Shown piece by piece: positions 55,980 to 64,000 of a DNA stretch of 64,000 nucleotides (position 1 is the stretch's first letter; the number at the start of each line of letters is the position of its first letter). The translations under genes were made by a program, and so were the position numbers. The notes beneath the pieces were generated by a model. That model was given only the letters and a program-made list of their open reading frames with translations, did no database searches and had not been told where the DNA came from. Source of the DNA: Perkinsela sp. CCAP 1560/9 (lineage: Eukaryota > Protista > Euglenozoa: Kinetoplastea); assembly GCA_965644495.1 (NCBI GenBank), contig CBFFSA010000002.1:248001-312000 (forward strand), written 5' to 3'.

Positions 55980-57015
55980 ATACCCCACGAACACACACAC
56001 ACCCCTATCCACTCATGGAATACCCCTATCATCCAAAAAGTTCAAAAGCCAACCTTTATCTCCCCCATCTCGAACACACATCCGCACACCCCCCCTTCTT
56101 TCAAAAGCACAAAACCTTCTCCCAACCCCCCTCTTTCCCTCACAACCCCCTCACCACCTCCTCCACCTCCCCCTCCCCCAGCACCCTCACCCTCCCCGTC
56201 CCCTTCTCCACCACCACCACCTCCACATTCCCCCCCCGCACCCCCTCCTCCATCACCCCTTGCAGCACCCCCACCGCCAGCGCCACCCCCTCCCCCAGCC
56301 CCATCCCCGGGCGGTACCTCTCCGCCAGCACCCCCCGCGCCCCCTCCGCCCCCGCCCCCACCGCCGCCGCCTCCTCCCGCCAGTACGTCCCGCTGGGGTC
56401 CGTGGACCACAGCGAGACCCCCGACGCGGGGTCCACCCCCCCGACCAGCAGCGCGACCCCGTAGGGGCGGGACATCGCGGGGGGGGGGCGGGTCGAGCCC
56501 TTGTGGTGGTGGTGGTGGTGGTTGTTGTTGTCCTTCCGGTGTTGGCTCTCCCCGAAGCGGAGCGCGAGGTCGCAGGTGGCGCGGGTGAGGGACTCGGCGG
56601 GGAGGGGCTCGTTGTAGGTGAGGGTGTGGGCGGTGGCGAGGGCGCGGGCGTGGTGGACGAGGGTGTGGGCGTCGGCGGTCATGCCGGAGACGACGGCGGC
56701 GAGGTGGTGGTCGAGGGTTACGATCTTGTGCACGGAGGGGGGGAGGAGGAGGGGGGAGGGGAGGCGACGCTCGGCGGCGAGGACCACGCCGTCGGGGGTG
56801 GTGAGGCCGAGACCGGTGGCGCCGAGGGTGATGGCTTTGCGGGCGTACTCGATTTGGAAGAGCCGGCCCTCGGGGGAGAAGGTGTTGACCCCGTGGTCGT
56901 ACTCGGAACGGGCACCGAACATGGAGGGGAGGGAGGGGAGGGAAAAGGAAGAAAGGAGAAGAGGGAAAAGAAAGGGAAAGAAGGGAGAAATAATGCGCTG
57001 GGGAAGGGTTGAGGG
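55980..57015. other. C-to-G skew-switch island 7 (strongest)
   Basis: Plus strand dominated by C ~55980-56460 and by G ~56465-57015. Confidence 0.9.
56140..56922 (-). CDS. PSMA5: 20S proteasome subunit alpha-5
   Basis: RSEYDHGVNTFSPEGRLFQIEY, CDLALRFGE, MSRPYGVALL; ATG at 56922. Confidence 0.95.
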   Translation of the reverse strand: MFGARSEYDHGVNTFSPEGRLFQIEYARKAITLGATGLGLTTPDGVVLAAERRLPSPLLLPPSVHKIVTLDHHLAAVVSGMTADAHTLVHHARALATAHTLTYNEPLPAESLTRATCDLALRFGESQHRKDNNNHHHHHHKGSTRPPPAMSRPYGVALLVGGVDPASGVSLWSTDPSGTYWREEAAAVGAGAEGARGVLAERYRPGMGLGEGVALAVGVLQGVMEEGVRGGNVEVVVVEKGTGRVRVLGEGEVEEVVRGL

Positions 57016-57226
57016 AATGTTACTTGATGGTGTACTGTAAGACAAGGTATACCCGTTTTATCCTTTGTCGACGAAGTTAGAAACGAAGAATAGGAGGAAA
57101 AACTCAGAACAGATTCTGTTACTCGGCATCACCTACCTGATATAAAGACTAATAAAACGAAGCACATGTGTGTTTCAAGGCGAACCATACTTATACGTAG
57201 CTCCCCACGTACCTGTGACGCGATCT

Positions 57227-57871
57227 TTAATCTATTAAGCGTTTGGAGCGGAGAAACCCCTTCATGTGGCGTATTTGCCACCAGGCAAACGCTATGACAA
57301 AAGCAACGGACAGGAAGGTGACCCAGGCAGACCGACTGTTTAAGTGCTCGCTGGTGTTCCGCATCTCTGCCTCACGACGCTTGAAGTAAGCGTACTCCGT
57401 GTTAATCGCACGTATGGTGTCCTCCATGATACGCAGTTCCACCTCCAGAGGTTTTAAATGTTCTCTAGTGGCCAGGTCGTCGTAGTCGGTGGCATCGGGA
57501 CCAAGTCGAAGGTCTAGACTCACGGTGCGGTACAAATCTTCGTTGTATTTTACTCCTTGAACCAGACGGTTATAAATGCAGAAGTGGTAGTCACCAGCCA
57601 AGGCGGTGGTAAAGCGGAAATCGCTGTTGTCTTTTCCGCTATCAGAGTGGACATAGGCCCCTCGAGGATCGGTGATTCGAAAATCAACAAACTGGCTGTA
57701 TCCCGGAAGGGCTTTAAAATTTCCTGCAACGGCGTAGTCCTGGGGCAATTCCTCGGTAAAGCACTTGTAACTCCTGGCTGCGAGGTCGAACATAAAGCAA
57801 GACACACGGGTGGGTGAGGGCAGCCCTAGACCAACGGATAAGCAAAGGAAAAGCAACGAAATCACTGTCAT
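57227..57871 (-). CDS. TMED10: p24/emp24 GOLD-domain cargo receptor (delta-like)
   Basis: Signal peptide, KCFTEEL, LKPLEVEL, REAEMRNT, WQIRHMKGFLRSKRLI. Confidence 0.85.
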   Translation of the reverse strand: MTVISLLFLCLSVGLGLPSPTRVSCFMFDLAARSYKCFTEELPQDYAVAGNFKALPGYSQFVDFRITDPRGAYVHSDSGKDNSDFRFTTALAGDYHFCIYNRLVQGVKYNEDLYRTVSLDLRLGPDATDYDDLATREHLKPLEVELRIMEDTIRAINTEYAYFKRREAEMRNTSEHLNSRSAWVTFLSVAFVIAFAWWQIRHMKGFLRSKRLID

Positions 57872-58264
57872 ACGGGATGTAAAGTGCTTGTGAGAAGGTA
57901 ATATGGAGAGCTCCTATGGCTAACGAAAGCTGTATTCTATTTTAAATTTATGTACTATTCTAAATTTATGTACTATCCTGGTAGGATTTTTAGACAGTCT
58001 ATTTAATCCAAGAGCTCTTTCGAAATGTTTTTTGAAAGTAAGGCATATTTATAAAGATTGCAAAACAAATTTTACGCTTCATACATGTACGCTTCTCTTA
58101 TGTGTGCGTAAAAGTACTCGACTAAATAATATATGAAGACACTATTATTGATACGCTGAAGTTCGCCACAAGACGACTACGATGCAGCCAGTACTCGCCC
58201 ATAAATCTCAAAATGCTGCTGATGATCAATGCACACAGAAACCACCGAAAATCGGCCAAGGACC

Positions 58265-59185
58265 TCAACTTATGATACGAGTTTCGGGCTGCCCGTCAAA
58301 CTTTTCCACTTGCAAATTTTCCGCTGCTTCTACCTGGTCGATAGTTTCTTTAATGTCGCTTCTAATTTGTTGCGCGTGCTCGCAGAGTTGTTGAGAATCA
58401 TCCTGTGTCGTGGTCACAGCCATCGTACTACTGGTCTTCTTGTATAACTCATCTTGAAGTCTGCGGTTTTCTGCCTCTACAGCTTCCAGTTTCCGTTGCT
58501 TCGACTGAAGTTCACCCCTTGTTTTTGCTGCATTGCTCTGCAAGTCAACGCGATCTCGCCGAAGGCGAGAGACTTCCTCCTCAGAGCGTGTAAGGGACTC
58601 ACGTAGCTGTGGAATATGTTTCTGTTGAACGTCTTCTGATCCATCAATATTTTCTCTGGATAAAGCTTTTACGTTCTCTAGAACAGTGTTTTCAGAGGAC
58701 TCCTCCTTCCACCTTACTTCGAAAGGTAGATATGATCGCATCAATTGGTAAGCACCAATTATAGCAAGAGAACCTGTAATGGAACGTACAGCCCAAGTAG
58801 CCCAAGTGCTATCACGTGTTCCAGAAGCTGTAGTCGATACTGAAGGTGAACGCGGTCCCGAACTGTATGCAATCTGCTGTGTAGATTTATTGCCGTAAGA
58901 ATTTGGGGCTGCGGATGTATTCACAACATCGGATGAATTCATTTGAGTGCGAAAAAAGATGGGACGTAATTCTTCCATTGTCTTCGTCAGGCCAGCTTTT
59001 TCGAAGGCAAGATGAACTTCATCCAGAGAAAGTCCTTTGCTCTTTAAAAAACGTACTTGTCCCATTAAAGGACTATTCTGTACCCTTTTGTCCTTTAAAA
59101 ATTTTACTGCGCTAATAATCTTTCGTTCGTCCCCATTTGGAGCAAGAGGAGATGAAACACTCTCTGTGTCTTTGTCGCTAGGCAT
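58265..59185 (-). CDS. PEX14: Peroxin 14
   Basis: SAVKFLKDKRVQNSP..FLKSKGLS.DEV..AF, then a TM-like segment and coiled coil. Confidence 0.9.
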   Translation of the reverse strand: MPSDKDTESVSSPLAPNGDERKIISAVKFLKDKRVQNSPLMGQVRFLKSKGLSLDEVHLAFEKAGLTKTMEELRPIFFRTQMNSSDVVNTSAAPNSYGNKSTQQIAYSSGPRSPSVSTTASGTRDSTWATWAVRSITGSLAIIGAYQLMRSYLPFEVRWKEESSENTVLENVKALSRENIDGSEDVQQKHIPQLRESLTRSEEEVSRLRRDRVDLQSNAAKTRGELQSKQRKLEAVEAENRRLQDELYKKTSSTMAVTTTQDDSQQLCEHAQQIRSDIKETIDQVEAAENLQVEKFDGQPETRIIS

Positions 59186-59362
59186 GAAGTATTTAATTTG
59201 ATGTATTTCTAGAACTAAATAAGGACCAGAAATTACCGGGTAAGTACCGTATAATATGACTTACACGCGTGTAGTATGACAGTAGTTTTTATTGTGAAGT
59301 CTATTACATAACCGTATTACACCGTAATATGTATGACATACAATTTAAAATTTTAACAAGTA

Positions 59363-59446
59363 CTGTCCCCACCCGTTTAAGCGCACCTCGTTTTAGTGCG
59401 CTTAAACGGGGGGGCTGGCCGGGTCCGCTTAGGGGGAGGGGGGCAG
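59363..59446. mobile_element. Very small TA-flanked MITE-like element with internal hairpin
   Basis: TA-CTGTCCCC...GGGGGCAG-TA; perfect 15-bp stem CCCGTTTAAGCGCAC / GTGCGCTTAAACGGG. Confidence 0.65.
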
Positions 59447-59471
59447 TATATTATGTACATATTATGTAGTA

Positions 59472-59722
59472 CTATCCCCCCTATCCTAGCGTTGCCTGGT
59501 TTTGGTGAAAAGCAACGCTAGGAGGGGGGATCAAAAACAGGGGCCCAAGAATTGCTCAGCCGACAATATTGTGGAATTACTGAGGAAGATTACAAAACAA
59601 ACGCTTTTTAGGGTATATTTTTACCATAATCCACCCCCCCCCCCAAAAAAAAATGCCGCTCAGTCTAAAAAGCAACGCTAGTCAGGGGGGTACCGAGGCA
59701 ATGCTAGGATCGGGGGGGATAG
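59472..59722. mobile_element. MITE with ~27-bp TIRs flanked by TA
   Basis: TA-CTATCCCCCCTATCCTAGCGTTGCCT vs reverse complement TA-CTATCCCCCCCGATCCTAGCATTGCCT; internal AAAAGCAACGCTAG twice. Confidence 0.85.
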
Positions 59723-59776
59723 TATTACACGCTCTTTCGAAAAAGTACTATGAACATTTATGTGTGACACTCTATC

Positions 59777-60406
59777 TCACGCACGGAGCTCAATCAGTGT
59801 TTGATCCCAAATAAGCGTCAAATTTCTATTTTGAGAAGCAACGTAAACTCCAGACATATATTGATTTTTGCTAACACAGAGAACTGTCAATGTTTGAGGA
59901 AGAGACGGAAAATGAATTGTGCCATCGAACTCATTGTCATGCAGATACAATTCAACTAGATGATGAGGTAAGTCTTTTCCGTTAAAACTTCCGATCAATT
60001 TATTTCGTCCAACGTATAGATATTCAAGACTCTTCGGAAGAACCTCAAATGGTAGTTCCCCACAAAGCGAGTTGCAGATAACGTCATGCATGTAGAAATT
60101 CCCGAAAGTGGGAAAGTCAGAATCTTCACCCGCATCGAAAAAGAGAAGTGTGCTTGGTAGATGTTCCCACCGTAATGTACCCCGTATACCGCGGCCACTC
60201 CAATTCAGACGAACCACTTTATCATCTATACAATACGCACCATCCCACTCACACGCTACTGTCGATGCGCTCCATGACACATGCGTGTTTGTCGTATTCT
60301 GTATTAACTGGTACAGAGAGTACTCCTGAGGCAGCACAGCACCGCGCACCTTGCTTGCTCGTGTGACTGACAACTGGCTATCGTGTAACAGTATACAACT
60401 TAGCAT
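59777..60406 (-). CDS. Leucine-rich repeat protein (copy 3)
   Basis: CEWDGAYC cap and LP..L..L....N...G repeats. Confidence 0.88.
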   Translation of the reverse strand: MLSCILLHDSQLSVTRASKVRGAVLPQEYSLYQLIQNTTNTHVSWSASTVACEWDGAYCIDDKVVRLNWSGRGIRGTLRWEHLPSTLLFFDAGEDSDFPTFGNFYMHDVICNSLCGELPFEVLPKSLEYLYVGRNKLIGSFNGKDLPHHLVELYLHDNEFDGTIHFPSLPQTLTVLCVSKNQYMSGVYVASQNRNLTLIWDQTLIELRA

Positions 60407-60986
60407 AAATGTGAAAGCAATGGTAAAATAAAAAAGGGGAACAATATTATAAAGTAAACTAATCTAATCAAAAGTGTGCAAATTTGGTTCAAGTCCACCG
60501 GTTTATGCGACTGAACGGTATTAGCAAATCTGTGTCTGAGGTTGAAAAATGTACCTGAAAGTAACGATAAAAATAAATTTATAGAGATTGAGTAAAAAAA
60601 TTGTCCTCTGCAAAACATGAAGAATACTCCGTATTCTTTCATCAATGCTCAATTTTTGGTCTCAGGTACGGTTAAACAAGAGTATCCGCCTACGTAAACT
60701 TTATTTCACGGGAAAAGAAAAAGTCTACAGCTATAGATAAATAAACGGCAAGCAAAACTAAGAAAAGAAATTACAACAACCGCAAGAAAGAAATCGCATA
60801 ATTATTTTTTCTTCTTTAAGAAAGATGTAAGAATCTTAGATCGTTATTGTATGGAGAAGCAAAACGAGACACAAACGAGAAGCAAAATGTTTGTGCATAG
60901 GAGAAACAAGAGAAGTTATACTATAAAAGTATCGGCAGTTATGCTAAATCGACAGTTTCTAATAGGCACCCTTATTTCGAACGCAA

Positions 60987-63467
60987 TTATCTGTGTAGAG
61001 TTGCCAGGGAAGTACATGTATGTGCTCCATCCAGAGACGCTTGCTTTTTTTCCACGAATTGGCAAAGGTATCTAAAATAATTCACATACTTTGGAAAATG
61101 TCTCTTTATTGCCATTAAGTATGCTGAAAGCAGCGCTATTTTCTTTTTTGGTGAATGCGCTGCGGCAAGAAATATTTTACATGATGCATCATGACTGGGA
61201 ATTGACCCTTTGCTATTCCTATCTTGATGAATATGACTTGAAAACATATCTTTCGAGACAGACTTATTATTAAAAGGATAAATAAAAATAGAGGATTCCC
61301 ATTGGACCTCCTTGTCTGAATGGCTCTGACTAATGTTTATTGAGTACCCGTATTCTAAAAGAACTAGAGTGCTTAAGACTCTGTAAAAGGCGCTTAAGAC
61401 ATCTTCACCTCCAAATCCATCTTTTTCTTGTTGTCTTTGAAGCCCCAGTATCACTTGCCGACAATAAGAATCCTGATTTTCTACAATCTCAGTTGATATT
61501 AACTGTTCATAGCAATCTAAGAGTGTTCTCAAAACTGGTACGTCGGACTTCAGAGTACATATGGCCACGGTTTTCATTTTCAAAGAAGCGAGACGTACGC
61601 ATAATCCGTCATGTGAAAACGATTCACGCAGTGGGCCCACGCGGAGTTTTGCCTCAGCACGATAACGAGAGAGTCTCGAACTGTGTTGAGAAAATGGAAG
61701 GATGCTCCCAACATTTTCCCGGAATAACATAAGCATTTGATTATTCTGATTGGCCCCGTTCAATGACTGGAAAGCCTGATGTGGATGTATGGCAGTATCT
61801 TTACTTGTAACACTTTTCTTGTTGGATAAGAAATCTTCGTCTTCATTGTAGTGAGCGTCATTGTATATTGCTATGGCGTCACACCATTCGGGAAAATATT
61901 GTGCAAGAACTTCGCTAACGGAAGTGGAAGTATGCTCCCATTCAGTACCCTTTGCAATCTGTACGATATGATCTACTGTGTTGATTTCTAGCATATTCTC
62001 ACCATATGCAATACGAAATAGACCTCGAAGAATTTCATCATCACTATCATCTACTTTTATAATGGGGACCAATCTGTGAGATATTGAGTGTAACACACTC
62101 GACAATATGTTGTCATTCTGGATGTGATCGAAAAAAGTATCGAGATACACTCGCAACGGCGGCGTTTCGTTTTTTTTGGTTTTCGCTTTATCCGCGCAGC
62201 GTTGTTTGTCCCCAGGAAAAGAATATTCTAAAATAGATAGTGAAGGTTCTAATGTTGGTCTCCCTTGAGGACTCTGATGCCGTAGAACGGAAGGATCGCT
62301 TACTATTGCCCCTTTTTGAATCATTAGACGAGTTCCCCCAACATCAAATATTGGCGTAGTGAAAGTCAAGTATTTTAGTGAGCCTTCTTCCAAAGTGGTT
62401 TGTAGGGCGTCTTGCATAGAAGAGCTCAAAGCCGAGAACTTCCACAAGTCACGGGGGAACAAAATATCTAAGCAGTAAAGAGCACATACTTCTTGGAGTG
62501 CATTTAGTTTTCTAACCTTTTCACATGCGGCCCGCCTTGAAAGAAGATACTTCTCTTCTTTACCGTTTTCCGAGAACACTATGTAAAGAGAACATGATAA
62601 AGGAGATCTTTTCGTTTCATGTCCAGGCACACTAACAATATGGAACGAAGTGCCGTACGTAAGAATCATGAGAATCTTCAACTTACAGAAAAATGTTAGA
62701 TCATGATACATAGCCCAACCTTCATGAATGTGCCTTATCCATGAACTGTATAGTTTACGGTCAAACCCTTTTTTCAAAGCATCGAGATACATGCGATATG
62801 TTCCAAGGGAATATTCATTGCCATTGAGGTTGAATGAAACTGTCCGATGAGAAAAAAATATATGCGGAGAAGTTCCCAATTGTACTTGAGTTGATGAGAT
62901 AGTGCGAACGAGAGTCACCTCATGAAGTAACCTGCGAAGAGTCACTACTAGTGGTACGACCTTCGCAATCTTTAGTGGAGTGTCAAGGTCTCTGTGTAGC
63001 AAATTCTTGATTTTCATAGAAGGCTGAAAGCGCTTTACGAGAGGTAGCCACAAATTTCGCTCTTTTGCGGGATTTTTTAGAAGAAATCTTTCACATTCTT
63101 GGGGAAAGCGTATTCTTAAGGCCAGTAGGCACAAGTCGAAAGTACTGGTAGAAACTGCTCGTAGCATCACTTCTCTTGGAATAGAACTACTTTCGTCTAC
63201 AAGAAATACAGTGGATAAGCTATTATCCCCGTTTTCAAGTTGCTTCGTGTGTTCCACATACAATTTCATATGAACGCCATAATATTGCATTATAAGACTT
63301 TGCAGTAATCTCCATGGTGAACAAAATGGGATGGTGCTTGATGCAGAGCTTCCAAACAAACGATTCGTGATTAGAAGAAACAAGGGAGCTTGAAGCTCGC
63401 CTGCGTGAACGTGAGAAGTTAGTTGGTTCAAAGACAAAACTCCACTAAATCTACTCCAAATACTCAT
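60987..63467 (-). CDS. Hypothetical protein (826 aa), possibly mitochondrial
   Basis: Long ORF on the coding strand; MSIWSRF start; no family recognised. Confidence 0.7.
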   Translation of the reverse strand: MSIWSRFSGVLSLNQLTSHVHAGELQAPLFLLITNRLFGSSASSTIPFCSPWRLLQSLIMQYYGVHMKLYVEHTKQLENGDNSLSTVFLVDESSSIPREVMLRAVSTSTFDLCLLALRIRFPQECERFLLKNPAKERNLWLPLVKRFQPSMKIKNLLHRDLDTPLKIAKVVPLVVTLRRLLHEVTLVRTISSTQVQLGTSPHIFFSHRTVSFNLNGNEYSLGTYRMYLDALKKGFDRKLYSSWIRHIHEGWAMYHDLTFFCKLKILMILTYGTSFHIVSVPGHETKRSPLSCSLYIVFSENGKEEKYLLSRRAACEKVRKLNALQEVCALYCLDILFPRDLWKFSALSSSMQDALQTTLEEGSLKYLTFTTPIFDVGGTRLMIQKGAIVSDPSVLRHQSPQGRPTLEPSLSILEYSFPGDKQRCADKAKTKKNETPPLRVYLDTFFDHIQNDNILSSVLHSISHRLVPIIKVDDSDDEILRGLFRIAYGENMLEINTVDHIVQIAKGTEWEHTSTSVSEVLAQYFPEWCDAIAIYNDAHYNEDEDFLSNKKSVTSKDTAIHPHQAFQSLNGANQNNQMLMLFRENVGSILPFSQHSSRLSRYRAEAKLRVGPLRESFSHDGLCVRLASLKMKTVAICTLKSDVPVLRTLLDCYEQLISTEIVENQDSYCRQVILGLQRQQEKDGFGGEDVLSAFYRVLSTLVLLEYGYSINISQSHSDKEVQWESSIFIYPFNNKSVSKDMFSSHIHQDRNSKGSIPSHDASCKIFLAAAHSPKKKIALLSAYLMAIKRHFPKYVNYFRYLCQFVEKKQASLDGAHTCTSLATLHR

Positions 63468-63843
63468 TGCCGACCGAAATGCTGTTTAGCTACTTTTCAG
63501 AAGCCGAAAAGGATATCCTACAAAACAACAACTGACCCAAAAACATTGTGGAGAGAATGATATACGCATGGAAAAAACACAATATAAACACTTACAGCTC
63601 TTCTTGTCGTGAAGTCATTCGATATTATAATAGGCACGCAACAATTACTTGCTTTCACATTAACCCCTTTTTATCATTCTACGACCTTAAAACTCAAAAA
63701 TCGTCATATTCTGTAGGGTTACCAGACCCACACCTCACATAAAAAATAGGGACACTCCTGGACCTCTTAGATCTCACAGGCGATCAATATAATTGTCCTT
63801 GTGCTTCAAGGCGTCCAATAAAAACATAAATCATTTATGGATA

Positions 63844-63999
63844 TTATTTAATAAAATATCTTGTATCTGCCAGTAGTGCAGTGAAAGCACAAAATAATAT
63901 CGTTCCAACGTTTAACAAAGAAACGTTACGACCAACCAGCTGAGAAAGAGATGTTTCTGCCAAAGCGCTAAAAATATCCACGACAACAGATCGAATATA
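63844..63999 (-). CDS. Possible C-terminal fragment of the upstream gene
   Basis: Open frame from the window edge (YIRSVVVDIF...RYFIK*) on the coding strand. Confidence 0.4.
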   Translation of the reverse strand, partial: YIRSVVVDIFSALAETSLSQLVGRNVSLLNVGTILFCAFTALLADTRYFIK

Positions 64000-64000
64000 A

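Noticed and set aside
56015-57040. Overlapping or antisense ORFs in GC-rich islands (also 7474-8134, 25839-26729, 45188-45688, 50043-50835)
   Set aside because: Stop-poor shadows of skewed GC-rich sequence; low-complexity Pro/Gly translations

Overview
Eukaryotic, gene-dense, apparently intronless DNA in which all ~37 cellular genes lie on the minus strand. This is the layout of a kinetoplastid polycistronic unit. Gene content fits: PEX5/PEX14, a p22/MAM33 protein, a KREPB-like zinc-finger/RNase III-like protein, a PNT1-like C11 peptidase, a PPR protein, and divergent mitoribosomal bL9m/bL20m. The compact spacing and a dispersed short LRR family suggest a Perkinsela-like organism (inference). 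Two features stand out. (1) A three-level nested DNA-transposon stack at ~14.5-19.6 kb: a pogo/DDE_1 remnant, interrupted by a hAT element, itself interrupted by a Tc1-type element with 108-bp TIRs and DD32E spacing. A deleted relative of the Tc1 element lies at 24 kb and there are several TA-flanked MITEs. (2) About seven ~1-kb GC-rich islands inside coding sequences, where the strand switches from C-rich to G-rich around a central point. The effect is strong enough to shift the amino-acid composition of conserved proteins (proteasome alpha5, gamma-tubulin, eIF3i). No tRNA, rRNA, SL RNA or CRISPR array was recognised. Family calls are from motif recognition by eye, without database searches.
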